From: Deltaproteobacteria bacterium
Lineage (GTDB): Bacteria > Desulfobacterota_D > UBA1144 > Nemesobacterales > CSP1-2
NCBI GenBank assembly: GCA_052390235.1
Contig: JBQTHB010000006.1
Location: 64,001-128,000 of the forward strand
Direction of reading: 5' to 3'
Length of the DNA: 64,000 nucleotides
Every line of letters begins with the position of its first letter. The first letter of the stretch is position 1. Below are positions 8,870 through 18,724 of the stretch, piece by piece. Made by a program: the position numbers and the translations under genes. The notes beneath the pieces were generated by a model. It worked only from the letters and a program-made list of their open reading frames with translations, was not told where the DNA came from and searched no databases.

Positions 8870-11314
8870 ATGTCAATAGCATCGCAAATCGTGCCGATAA
8901 ACATCGAAGACGAGATGAAAGAATCCTATCTCAGCTACTCGATGAGCGTCATCATCGGGCGCGCCCTTCCCGACGCGAGAGACGGCTTAAAGCCAGTCCA
9001 CAGGCGCATCTTCTACGGGATGTACGAGCTTGGAAACGAGTGGAACAAACCCTATAAAAAATCCGCGAGAATCGTCGGAGACGTTATGGGTAAGTTTCAC
9101 CCTCACGGAGACGCCGCCATTTACGATGCCCTCGTGAGAATGGCTCAGGATTTTTCGATGCGCTATACACTGGTTGACGGACAGGGAAATTTCGGCTCGA
9201 TTGACGGAGACCCGCCCGCCGCGATGCGATATACCGAGGTGAGGCTCGACCGGCTCGCTGGGGAGATGCTCGAGGACATAGACAGAGAAACGGTTGAATT
9301 CGTGCAGACATACGACGGGAGCGCGGTTGAACCTACGGTTCTTCCAGCGAAGATTCCGAATCTGCTCCTCAACGGCTCATCGGGCATTGCCGTAGGGATG
9401 TCAACCAATATTCCTCCGCATAATTTAGGAGAACTGCTCGATGCCACCGTCGCGCAGATAAACAACCCCGAAATTTCCCTCGACGAGTTGATGCGCATCA
9501 TACCAGGGCCCGATTTCCCCACAGGGGCGTTCATCTGCGGCAGGGAGGCAATCCGGGAGGCCTATGCCACAGGGCGGGGGATTATAAAAGTGCGGGCTAG
9601 GGCAAAAATCGAGCGGCAGAAGAAAAACGACCGCGAGTGCATCATCGTTTCAGAAATCCCCTATCAAGTCAATAAGTCCAAACTCATCGAGCGCATAGCA
9701 GACCTCGTGAAAGACGAGAAAATTGACGGAATCTCGGACATCCGCGACGAATCCGACCGCGAGGGTATCCGCATAGTAATTGACGTAAAGCGCGGGGACG
9801 ACGCCAGAGTGGTATTGAATCAAATCTACAAGCACACGCCGATGGACACCTCGTTCGGCATCATTATGCTTGCCCTCGTGCGCAATCAGCCCAAAGTCCT
9901 GTCGCTTAAGTCGCTGATAGCCCAGTTTATTGACCATAGAAGAGTCGTCGTTACGAGGCGGATACAGTTCGAGCTTAAAAAAGCCGAAGACCGCCTTCAC
10001 ATTTTAGAGGGGCTGAAAATCGCCCTAGACCGCCTGGACGAGGTTATAGCCATTGTCAGAGGGGCGGATACCCCTCAGGCGGCGCGCGAGGGGCTGATGT
10101 CGAGGCTGTCGCTCACGGCGGTTCAGGCTCAGGCAATTCTCGATATGAGGCTCCAGAGGCTCACTGCCCTTGAGCAGGGGAAAATCATCGAAGAGCGCGC
10201 GGAACTCATAAAAACCGTCGCGCGCCTCAAGGAGATTCTCGCAAGCGAGAGGCTAATTCTCGACATCATAAGCGGCGAGCTTGCCGAGATTAAAGAGCGC
10301 TACGGAGACCGCCGCAGAACCGAGATAATAAAGAGCGTCGAGGAGATTTCCGAAGAAGACCTCATCGCCGATGAAGATATGGTCGTTACCATCTCCCACG
10401 AGGGATATATCAAAACGACCCCTCTTAGCGTCTATAGGAGTCAGCGCAGGGGCGGCAAGGGCAGAACCGGAATGACCACGAAGGAGATGGATTTTATCGA
10501 GAATGTCTTCGTCGCCTCAAAGCACAACTACGTCCTATTTTTCACAAACCTCGGGCGGTGCTACTGGAGAAAGGTACACGAAATCCCCGAAACGGGCCCT
10601 GCCGCAAAGGGCAAAGCCATAGTGAATCTGCTCAGCCTCGCTTCGGGCGAAAAGCTGGCGGCTGTGCTTGCGGTGCGCTCATTTGTCAAAAATCAGTTCA
10701 TTGTTCTAGGCACGAAAGAGGGGACAATTAAAAAGACCGAGCTTATGGCTTATTCAAACCCCCGCACCTCAGGCATCATCGCCATCAACGTAAGAGAGGG
10801 CGACGAACTCATCGGGGCACGTATCAGCAACGGAGACAATGAAATCCTCTTAACTACCCGAAACGGTCAGGCTATCCGATTCCACGAAGAAGGGGTCAGA
10901 GACATGGGCAGAGGGGCAACCGGCGTCATCGGCATCAGGCTCGAAGGCGAAGACGTTGTCGTAAGCCTAGAGGTCATCGAGAACCAAAGCGCGCAGATTC
11001 TCACCGTAACCGAAATGGGCTACGGCAAGCGAACCCAGGTTTCTGACTACCGCATAACCGGAAGGGGCGGCAAAGGGGTTATGACCATTAAAACCACGGA
11101 TAAAAACGGCGGCAGGGTAGTAGGCGCGTTTCTGGTTACAAACGATATGGATATTATTCTCATAACCACGGGCGGCAAGGTCATCCGCATGGACGCATCG
11201 AAAATAAGCATCTACGGCAGAGGCACTCAGGGGCTGAGGCTAATTGACCTTGAGGAGGGCGAGACCGTAGCCGGAGTCGCCAAGGTAATTGATAGGGAGA
11301 ACGGCGTGGCTTAG
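8870..11314 (+). CDS. gyrA: DNA gyrase subunit A
   Basis: [23 protein letters not shown] catalytic Tyr, GyrA-box QRRGGKG, C-terminal beta-pinwheel repeats. Confidence 0.97.
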   Translation: MSIASQIVPINIEDEMKESYLSYSMSVIIGRALPDARDGLKPVHRRIFYGMYELGNEWNKPYKKSARIVGDVMGKFHPHGDAAIYDALVRMAQDFSMRYTLVDGQGNFGSIDGDPPAAMRYTEVRLDRLAGEMLEDIDRETVEFVQTYDGSAVEPTVLPAKIPNLLLNGSSGIAVGMSTNIPPHNLGELLDATVAQINNPEISLDELMRIIPGPDFPTGAFICGREAIREAYATGRGIIKVRARAKIERQKKNDRECIIVSEIPYQVNKSKLIERIADLVKDEKIDGISDIRDESDREGIRIVIDVKRGDDARVVLNQIYKHTPMDTSFGIIMLALVRNQPKVLSLKSLIAQFIDHRRVVVTRRIQFELKKAEDRLHILEGLKIALDRLDEVIAIVRGADTPQAAREGLMSRLSLTAVQAQAILDMRLQRLTALEQGKIIEERAELIKTVARLKEILASERLILDIISGELAEIKERYGDRRRTEIIKSVEEISEEDLIADEDMVVTISHEGYIKTTPLSVYRSQRRGGKGRTGMTTKEMDFIENVFVASKHNYVLFFTNLGRCYWRKVHEIPETGPAAKGKAIVNLLSLASGEKLAAVLAVRSFVKNQFIVLGTKEGTIKKTELMAYSNPRTSGIIAINVREGDELIGARISNGDNEILLTTRNGQAIRFHEEGVRDMGRGATGVIGIRLEGEDVVVSLEVIENQSAQILTVTEMGYGKRTQVSDYRITGRGGKGVMTIKTTDKNGGRVVGAFLVTNDMDIILITTGGKVIRMDASKISIYGRGTQGLRLIDLEEGETVAGVAKVIDRENGVA

Positions 11315-11407
11315 GGCGCGCATAGTTTATAAATTACAGAGCGCGAGATTGCCCCAGCCGCAGATGCGATGGTTTTGCTAAATAGATTTATATCCCCCCC
11401 CACTGCG

Positions 11408-12241
11408 CTACCCGCCGCAGGCGACAACCCTCGACAGGCGCAGGTCAACTGCCTGATTCGGCGGCAGTAGGTTATTTATGTCGTTGATTTCAAATGATAT
11501 TACAGCAACGTAGCTTCCCGTCTGACTCGCCTCGCAGGAGTAGCTAAAAGAGCCGCCAAAAGAGCCCATAATACCCATAACGGCGGCAAGCGCGGCATCT
11601 GGGGCGCAGTTGGAGCAAAGCACAGGGCTTGCGGAACTATCTGCGTACGAGACCGGAGGGGTTATGCCAAAGGGGCTTCCAACGGTTTGAAACACGGAGA
11701 TATTGGCTCCGAATGGTATCCCGACTGAGATAGCGGAGGGGATGTTTTGAGCCGAAGCCGTAACTCCAAGGGACACCTCGGCGAGCTGCGAGAAATGGGT
11801 TAGCTCCCCCGAAATTACCGTGGTATTGGACGCTCCGTCGGCCAGCTGAACGAGGTTCGGAAGGGCTTCTAGCGTAAAATTCGCCGATGTAACGAGCAGG
11901 GCAAGCCCGGTCTCAAGCGCCCCGCTGTTATTCAGAGGACTCTCGTCGAGGATGAGAGTGGCAGTTACGGGAACGGAGAACTCCAGTCCTTCGGGCATGA
12001 GTAAGTAGGAAGAGGCAACGGGCAGCGAGGCGAATTCCGAGGTTAGATTCTCCGGATCCAGCTCGAATATTCCGATAATAGTCGCCTCGGACAGCGCATT
12101 TGGGGGGAAGGTAAGCCGAAGCCGCCCGTCTTTACTCGTAACTGCGCCCCCTCCTGGCCCAATGATCTCCTGTTTTATATCGGACTGACTGCACGATAGA
12201 AATAGTAGCGCGCAAAAAAGCGGCAATATCAGATTTCTCAC
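11408..12241 (-). CDS. Hypothetical lipoprotein with a ZU5-like N-terminal domain
   Basis: GTG 12241 follows AAGGAGG; lipobox LFLSC; IGPGGG.V...DGRLRLTFPPNAL and PEGLEFSVPVT resemble ZU5-like beta-sandwich motifs. Confidence 0.55.
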   Translation of the reverse strand: MRNLILPLFCALLFLSCSQSDIKQEIIGPGGGAVTSKDGRLRLTFPPNALSEATIIGIFELDPENLTSEFASLPVASSYLLMPEGLEFSVPVTATLILDESPLNNSGALETGLALLVTSANFTLEALPNLVQLADGASNTTVISGELTHFSQLAEVSLGVTASAQNIPSAISVGIPFGANISVFQTVGSPFGITPPVSYADSSASPVLCSNCAPDAALAAVMGIMGSFGGSFSYSCEASQTGSYVAVISFEINDINNLLPPNQAVDLRLSRVVACGG

Positions 12242-12581
12242 TATGAACCCCTCCTTTCGGCTTTCGCTCAGAATCATCCGCAAACCAAATTTCAGAGAAT
12301 ACGCGAACGGACTTAAAATTTACCTGCCTACGCGCCGCTTGGCTAACTAATGGCGGTCATGGATTTTATTACTTAAATCCGCTATTTATTATCTCATATA
12401 TGTAAAATCGGAGTCAAGAGGGCCTGTCTCGCGGGCGCAGTTCAGAGGCAGTGTCCGCATATCAATTTGAAAGGGCGCGGGGGGTATTTCAAAATCCGAA
12501 AAAAAGTGTTAGATTTCCCCGATATGTGCGGCAAGCAAAGCCATACGGATTCAAAATCACAATAGCGGAGGTTCAAGGGCA

Positions 12582-13622
12582 ATGAAAATACGGGCAATTT
12601 TAATATCCTTTCTACTCGGAGGCATCGCCCTAGCCGAGGGTGGGGTTCCCGAACCTAAAGACGGCGCAACCGTCTATGTAGTCCGCACCGGAGACACGCT
12701 CTCGAATATATCCCAGAGATTCTTTGGCAACCCGCTTCTGTGGCACAGGCTATGGGACTTAAACCCCAATATTGACAACCCGAACCGTATCTATCCCGGA
12801 CAATCCCTCGCGCTAAAGCCCAAGACCACAGTCGCCGCCGAAGCTCCAAAGGTCGGGGAGATGCCGGATTTGCCCGTGGTCAAGATTTCCCCCGAAACCG
12901 TGGAGCTTCCCATCGGAGCGGTTGACGAGCCTCCGCCGCCCGTTTTTTACTACTCGCGCAAGGGACACGAAGGGTTCATCGCTCCAGACGAGTGGGAGAA
13001 TATGGGGACTATTCTAAGTTCCGAGCCTCCGAAGGTTCTGCTCGGCGATGGGGACATAGTCTATGTGAACGTGGGTTGGAGGGAGAACGTGCGCGCGGGG
13101 GATAAATTCACCGTTTTCCGCACCACGAAACCCGCCCTGCACCCTCTCAACGGCAGAAAAGTCGGATATAAAGTCGCACTGCTCGGCGAGGTGGAGATTA
13201 TTGAGGTTCTTGGGAAGGACATAGCCTCAGCCACGATAACAAATTCCTACAAAGAAATCACCCGCGGCGCAAGGATAAGACCCGCCGAGCCGATAGTACA
13301 AGAGCTTACCGTGAGGAAAGGGAGCGAGAAGCGCGAGGGGATAGTTGTTGAAACGCTGAGCAACGTAGAGCTAAGCGGCAGGGGGGACGTCGTGTACATT
13401 GACCTGGGCGAGAAGGACGACGTAGTGGCGGGCAACACGTTTTCAATCTACAAACTACCCCGCGCGAGCGCAGACCCCGACGCAGGCAAACCGGCAGTCA
13501 TCCCTCCGGCGGTCATAGGGAAACTCCTCGTGCTGAACGTGCAAAGGGACGTCTCTAGCGCAATCATAATTGAAAGCTCAAGGCAGATAGAAAAAGGGGA
13601 TATGGTCAGCCTCGATTTTTAA
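12582..13622 (+). CDS. LysM peptidoglycan-binding protein (TsaP-like, FlgT-C-like C-terminal domains)
   Basis: Signal peptide; YVVRTGDTLSNISQRF.G.PLLW..LW..N..I.NP..IYPGQ; VYIDLG..D.V..G. Confidence 0.85.
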   Translation: MKIRAILISFLLGGIALAEGGVPEPKDGATVYVVRTGDTLSNISQRFFGNPLLWHRLWDLNPNIDNPNRIYPGQSLALKPKTTVAAEAPKVGEMPDLPVVKISPETVELPIGAVDEPPPPVFYYSRKGHEGFIAPDEWENMGTILSSEPPKVLLGDGDIVYVNVGWRENVRAGDKFTVFRTTKPALHPLNGRKVGYKVALLGEVEIIEVLGKDIASATITNSYKEITRGARIRPAEPIVQELTVRKGSEKREGIVVETLSNVELSGRGDVVYIDLGEKDDVVAGNTFSIYKLPRASADPDAGKPAVIPPAVIGKLLVLNVQRDVSSAIIIESSRQIEKGDMVSLDF

Positions 13623-13634
13623 ATTTCTGCCTAG

Positions 13635-14351
13635 CTAACTCGATTTCGAAGCCTCGCCCGTCATGGGAACGAACCGGACGGGAGCGATGGTTTTAATATC
13701 CGACCCCTCCTGCGTTTTGCGGATTAATAGAAGCTCCTGCGTTGAGCCGCCCACAGGGATTATCATCCTCCCATTTAGCCGAAGCTGATTCACTAGAGCC
13801 TTAGGGACGTGATTCGGAGCGGCGGTTACGATGATGCCGTCAAAGGGGGAATGCTCGCTCCAGCCGTGATAGCCGTCAGCGGTTGCGAATCGAATGTTGC
13901 CGTAGCTCATACCAGCGAGGAGACTCTCAGCCTGCCGCCTCAGGGCATCGTGTATTTCTACCGTGAACACCTCGCAGCCTAGGCGGGCGAGGATTGCGGT
14001 TTGATACCCCGAGCCAGTGCCTACCTCAAGAACCCTCGCGCCGCGGTTAAGCCGGAGAAGGTCGGTCATGAGAGCGGCAATGTAGGGCTGAGATACAGTC
14101 TGCTCAAGCTCGATTGACACAGGGGAGTCGTCATAGGCGAGATGAGACAATTGAGGGGGGATGAATTTATGCCTCGGAATTTCGAGCATAGCCTGAATCA
14201 GCGGCGAATTTTGAATCCCCCGCGCTAGAATTTGATTCTCAACCATATCCCAGCGCTTCCTAGTGAAAAGGGATTCATCTTCGTCATTGGCAAATCTGGC
14301 GAGCAGGATAATGGGCAGAGAAATCAAGCCGAAGGTCGCTAGCTCCATCAT
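13635..14351 (-). CDS. pcm: Protein-L-isoaspartate O-methyltransferase
   Basis: QTVSQPY, VLEVGTGSGYQ, PFDGIIVTAA and VRFVPM motifs. Confidence 0.93.
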   Translation of the reverse strand: MMELATFGLISLPIILLARFANDEDESLFTRKRWDMVENQILARGIQNSPLIQAMLEIPRHKFIPPQLSHLAYDDSPVSIELEQTVSQPYIAALMTDLLRLNRGARVLEVGTGSGYQTAILARLGCEVFTVEIHDALRRQAESLLAGMSYGNIRFATADGYHGWSEHSPFDGIIVTAAPNHVPKALVNQLRLNGRMIIPVGGSTQELLLIRKTQEGSDIKTIAPVRFVPMTGEASKSS

Positions 14352-14461
14352 TGCGAAGCTCCTTGTTGATAGATGCTTAACACGGGGTTAATTCGGATTC
14401 GACAGAGAATCTCAGTGCGGCACGGGGAGGAGCGGCAAATTAATAAGGGCGCGCGCCCCTT

Positions 14462-15415
14462 TTATATAATTCTCGAAATCACAATCTCAGCCCCTTCGTA
14501 GGGGTCAAGGTCGCCCCTTTTTACCGATGACAAGACCTTTTCGACCTCGCAGTCCCTGAGTTTTTCCCAGACCCTGCGCTCGATAATCTCGGACATAATT
14601 TTTGAGAACTCCCCTTCCCGCCTCTTTTCCCGTTTATGGGCGAGTATGCCGTCTTTGCGCTGAAAATCCCTATGGGCTTCGATTTGCAGGGCTAGCTGGT
14701 CAGTACCTTTAGCCTCGAGGGCGGAGGTAAGCACAACCGGGATTTCCCATCCGTCCTCTCTTTGCTTGAGCGAGGTCATGAACTTAATCTCGCGGGCGAT
14801 TTTATCAGCCCCCTCTCTATCGGCTTTATTCACTACAAACACATCGGCAATTTCCATGAGTCCGGCTTTCATCGTCTGGATTATATCGCCGGCTTCGGGT
14901 ACTAGCACAACCAAGACCGTATCGGCGATACCCACAACGTCAAGCTCAGTCTGGCCAACTCCTACGGTCTCAATGATGATGAAATCCATCCCGAAGGCGT
15001 CATAGAGCTTTACAATTTCCCTTGTGGGTCTGGAAAGCCCCCCTTGGCTTCCGCGGCTGCCGAGACTGCGGATAAAGACATTTCTGTCGAGCGCGTGATC
15101 CTGCATCCTGATTCTATCGCCTAGAACCGCTCCTCCCGTAAAGGGGCTTGAGGGGTCAACCGCCAAGACGCCGACTTTTTTATCTCTGCCTCTCAAATTG
15201 AGTATAAGTTCGTTGACTAATGTGCTTTTGCCCGCTCCCGGGGGGCCCGTAACGCCAATGACGTAAGCGTTGCCGGTCTTGGAATTTATGAGTTTTAGAA
15301 TTTCAGGAACGGACGGCGAGCGGCTCTCGACGACGGTTATAAGACGGGCAAGGGCGAGGCGGTCGCCTGAGAGCATCCTCTGGACGAGCGTTAATTCTCT
15401 TTCAGAAATAGTCAT
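14462..15415 (-). CDS. meaB: Methylmalonyl-CoA mutase-associated GTPase MeaB
   Basis: GPPGAGKST, AVDPSSPFTGGAVLGDRIRM, IETVGVGQ and NKAD motifs. Confidence 0.93.
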   Translation of the reverse strand: MTISERELTLVQRMLSGDRLALARLITVVESRSPSVPEILKLINSKTGNAYVIGVTGPPGAGKSTLVNELILNLRGRDKKVGVLAVDPSSPFTGGAVLGDRIRMQDHALDRNVFIRSLGSRGSQGGLSRPTREIVKLYDAFGMDFIIIETVGVGQTELDVVGIADTVLVVLVPEAGDIIQTMKAGLMEIADVFVVNKADREGADKIAREIKFMTSLKQREDGWEIPVVLTSALEAKGTDQLALQIEAHRDFQRKDGILAHKREKRREGEFSKIMSEIIERRVWEKLRDCEVEKVLSSVKRGDLDPYEGAEIVISRII

Positions 15416-15547
15416 CGTGATACGATAAATTGGCGGCAGATGTTTGTCAAAACTACGGAGGAAGGGCAGACGGCGCACATAAGCTACGCCATGCCCCCGC
15501 GGAATTTTTTTTACCGAGAACTCAGCCGAAAGCCGAGATACGCCCCG

Positions 15548-16756
15548 CTAATAGCCGAGAAAGCTCTTTAATATCCCGCCCAATTCAGAGGTTTCAATCT
15601 TCTCAAGAGCGCGTTTTTCAATCTGCCTTATGCGCTCCCTCGTGAGGTCAAACTTTTTCCCTATCTCGTCGAGCGTATAGGTGGTTTCTTGGTCTATGCC
15701 GAACCTGAGCCTCAGTATCTCTTCCTCTCTTTCGGTTAGGAGTGCTAGGGCTTCGCGTATCCTGTGGGTGAGACCAGTTTTTGCGATAAGCGAATCCGGC
15801 GCGGGAGAGTTATCGTCGGGGATAAAGTCGAGGAGTGTGGTTTTTTCTCCGTCAATTATCGGCGAATCTAGGCGCACGGTGTCATTGGTAGCCTCAAGAA
15901 TCCTCTTCACGCCCTCGACAGATATTCCGGCTTTGGCGGCGACCTCTTCGGGAAGGGGTTTTTTGCCCATTTCCTTGTGGAGCATCGAGCTTATGCGATA
16001 GACCTTGCTTGCCTGCTCTAGCACATAGACCGGTACGCGGATGGTTCTGGTCTGGTCGAGGAGCGCGCGGGAGATTGCCTGATGAATCCACCACGAGGCA
16101 TAGGTGGAGAATTTATAGCCTTTAGTGTGGTCGAATCTCTCGACGGCTCTCATTAAGCCGACGTTGCCTTCCTGAATTAGGTCTGAAAGTGGCAGAGCGC
16201 GTCCCATGTACCGCTTGGCGATACTTACGACGAGCCTTAAATTGGCTTTGACGAACCTCTCTTTGAGTCCCTTGGCGGTGTCAAGATAGTTTTGCATGGA
16301 ATCGCCGAGGGCTTCAATGCGCTTTGAGACCTCTCTCTTCTTCCCATTTCCGTTGGCGTGTCCGTTGGTTTTGCTTTTAGCGGGCATACAGGGGTTCTCT
16401 TTGAGCAGATTATCTAGGTCAATTTTTATCTCATGCGCCTTTGCCTCGCATTTTTTTATCTTAGACGACACCTCGACTTCCTGCTTGGGGGTGAGAAGCG
16501 ATTCAACTGCCATATCTTTAAAATAGGCGTACAGGAGTCTGAACTGCTCCTCAGGCGTCCAGTCAGTTTGAGGGGATTCCTCCTCGACTGGCTCAACTTC
16601 CTCAAATCCGAATTCAAAATCGGAGTCGTCCAAGCTATCGAGCGAGAGACTATCTTCAATATCAACAGACCGAAAAGCGTCCCCATCCTCCTCTATAAAA
16701 TCCCCAAGATTCTCTTGAGAAGCTGGCTCCTCAAATTCCGAATACTTTATCTCCAT
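15548..16756 (-). CDS. RpoD-family sigma-70 factor (group 2-like, no region 1.1)
   Basis: ANLRLVVSIAKRY, DLIQEGNVGLMRAVERFD, YKFSTYA.WWI and TRERIRQIE motifs; acidic N-terminus. Confidence 0.9.
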   Translation of the reverse strand: MEIKYSEFEEPASQENLGDFIEEDGDAFRSVDIEDSLSLDSLDDSDFEFGFEEVEPVEEESPQTDWTPEEQFRLLYAYFKDMAVESLLTPKQEVEVSSKIKKCEAKAHEIKIDLDNLLKENPCMPAKSKTNGHANGNGKKREVSKRIEALGDSMQNYLDTAKGLKERFVKANLRLVVSIAKRYMGRALPLSDLIQEGNVGLMRAVERFDHTKGYKFSTYASWWIHQAISRALLDQTRTIRVPVYVLEQASKVYRISSMLHKEMGKKPLPEEVAAKAGISVEGVKRILEATNDTVRLDSPIIDGEKTTLLDFIPDDNSPAPDSLIAKTGLTHRIREALALLTEREEEILRLRFGIDQETTYTLDEIGKKFDLTRERIRQIEKRALEKIETSELGGILKSFLGY

Positions 16757-17223
16757 CTTAGCGCTCCCCCTTTCTCTCTCTTAATTTTACTCTATACCCG
16801 TACCGGTCGCGCGCGCGTAGCAATAGATATATAATATGCGAGCTATCCCGATATTAACTAGACTTATTATTCGCTATGTATCCCCTCAAGACGGCCATCA
16901 GCGCGTCTTTCCTATCCTCTTCATCTTTACGGCAGATTGAGAAACTAATGCGGATAAGTCATTAAGGAGGAGGGAAATCAATAGCCCAAATTACAGTAAA
17001 TCCAAAACCCCGCCCCCCGCGCAATAGCCGAAAAGCCCCGAGCCAAATCCACTCATTACCCCACAATGCAAACGCTGGCTTGGGAAAAAGCCCCGTTTAC
17101 ACCCCCCCCCGCGAACCCGGCATCAATTTAAATAGCGGCTAAAGCCCCTGCGCCCCTCTTACGCGCCCTCATCCGACTACTACATCCATCCTCGTTTATG
17201 ACTCATATCCCAGCCTGCTTGAG

Positions 17224-17252
17224 AATATAAGTTAATTGAAAAGATTTGTCAA
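17224..17252 (-). promoter_or_regulatory. Sigma70-type promoter about 460 nt upstream of the sigma factor gene
   Basis: Minus-strand TTGACA, 17 nt, TATATT. Confidence 0.55.
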
Positions 17253-17449
17253 GGCTTTCTCTTCGCAGTTGCATAATGAATCGGCGCATCAGTTGCGCGT
17301 TATCTTCGGATATAACGGCGCGCAGATGACCGTAAATAACGAGATTGTCCAAATTCTATAATAGATATAGGGAGTTGCGCACACAGATGAGAGCGCGGGA
17401 GGGATTTTACAAATTTAAACTGACTGTGTGCTAACGCTAATTGCCGCAC

Positions 17450-17534
17450 TGCCGAAGGGGGGACTCGAACCCCCACGAGATTGCTCTCACTGGATCCTGA
17501 ATCCAGCGCGTCTGCCAAATTCCGCCACTTCGGC
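17450..17534 (-). tRNA. tRNA-Leu(CAG)
   Basis: GCCGAAG acceptor stem, anticodon arm CTGGA-TTCAGGA-TCCAG, GGTTCGAGTCC T-loop; CCA not encoded. Confidence 0.94.
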
Positions 17535-17572
17535 TAAGGGACAAAGCACTATTATATATCGCCAAATTCACC

Positions 17573-18724
17573 CTAAGTCAAATCCTTTGTCTCGGGCAGA
17601 AGGGTGTTTAGGATGTCCTTCTGCAGCTCCTCCATACGGTTTTTTACCTCGGTGATTTCTTCCGGGAATTTCTCTCTATCCCTACACTCCTGAATAAGCA
17701 GATCAACTTTTGAAATTATGTGCCTCAGCTTCGTCTGAGCCTCGATATTCGCCTTAATAAACATCTCCTCATTGTCCCACTTTCGCTTGGCGTAGGCGTC
17801 GAGTTCTCTGGATTGAATAACGAGTTCTCGAAGACGCTCCTTGTAGCCATGAAGAGACTGATAAATAACAGATTGAATCTCGCCGCGCTCGTCGGGATTT
17901 CGCCACAGCACGTTCTCAAGGGCTAGGATGTCGCTCTCGCCTGCTTTGCCTCTGCCGTCGAGATAGGCGCGCGCTTTAAGGAGCAGGATGGACTGCTTGT
18001 AGCGCCTGTCGGAGAGTTGAATCCCCTTTTTTCTAAGCTCCCCCCTGATGCGCGCTATGAGTTTGAGCAGATACGGCGGGACCTCCACCATCTGAACCGC
18101 CGCCCTGCATTGATAAAGCTCACCGAGCGTAATGCGCGTCCGTTGCGGATGAGATTCGTCCGATTGAATCATCTTCAGAAATCTGAAATCCTCTCTTATA
18201 TAGTCCACAAAGTACCTGAGGAGAAATCTATCAAACAGGGCTTCAAGCCCGTCCTCTTCGGAGGGAAGCTCGTTGCTTGCCCCGAATAGAGCGATAAGGG
18301 GAACTTCCAGCGCACCGCTGCCATTGAAGAACACCCTCTCGTTCATTACCGTGAGCATTGTGTTTAGGATAGAGGAACTCGACTTGAAAACCTCGTCCAA
18401 GAAGGCAATGTGCGCCTCAGGGAGCTTATTGTGGGTTACCCTCCTGTACTCGTCGTTTTCGAGCGATTTGAGGCTCAGAGCGCCGAATATCTCCTCAGGG
18501 GTCGTGAATTTCGTAAGTAGCCACTGGAAGTAATTTGCCCCCTCGATTCTCTGGCAGATTTCGTGGGCAAGCTCCGATTTTGCCGTTCCCGGAGGCCCTA
18601 TGACGAGCAGATGAGAGCCTGACAGAAGGGCGCAGAGCGAGCCTTCTATTAAATCGTCTCTCTCAAAGAACTCGGCTTTGAGCTCTTCTCTAATTTTTCT
18701 GAGCCTTTCTAATCCTCTTTCCAT
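17573..18724 (-). CDS. MoxR/RavA-subfamily AAA+ ATPase
   Basis: GPPGTAKS, LLTKFTTPEEIFG, FLDEVFK..SSILN, ASNELP, LEALFDRF and SDRR motifs; overlaps the end of gspK by 16 nt. Confidence 0.87.
   Translation of the reverse strand: MERGLERLRKIREELKAEFFERDDLIEGSLCALLSGSHLLVIGPPGTAKSELAHEICQRIEGANYFQWLLTKFTTPEEIFGALSLKSLENDEYRRVTHNKLPEAHIAFLDEVFKSSSSILNTMLTVMNERVFFNGSGALEVPLIALFGASNELPSEEDGLEALFDRFLLRYFVDYIREDFRFLKMIQSDESHPQRTRITLGELYQCRAAVQMVEVPPYLLKLIARIRGELRKKGIQLSDRRYKQSILLLKARAYLDGRGKAGESDILALENVLWRNPDERGEIQSVIYQSLHGYKERLRELVIQSRELDAYAKRKWDNEEMFIKANIEAQTKLRHIISKVDLLIQECRDREKFPEEITEVKNRMEELQKDILNTLLPETKDLT

Noticed and set aside
8870..11314. parC rather than gyrA
   Set aside because: A canonical GyrA-box QRRGGKG and a full C-terminal domain are present.
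16800..17260. RNase P RNA, tmRNA, 6S or SRP RNA
   Set aside because: I found none of the hallmark motifs (GAGGAAAGTCC, GGGG..TCCACCA ends, SRP GGAA loop with AGCAG); it is kept only as a candidate leader.
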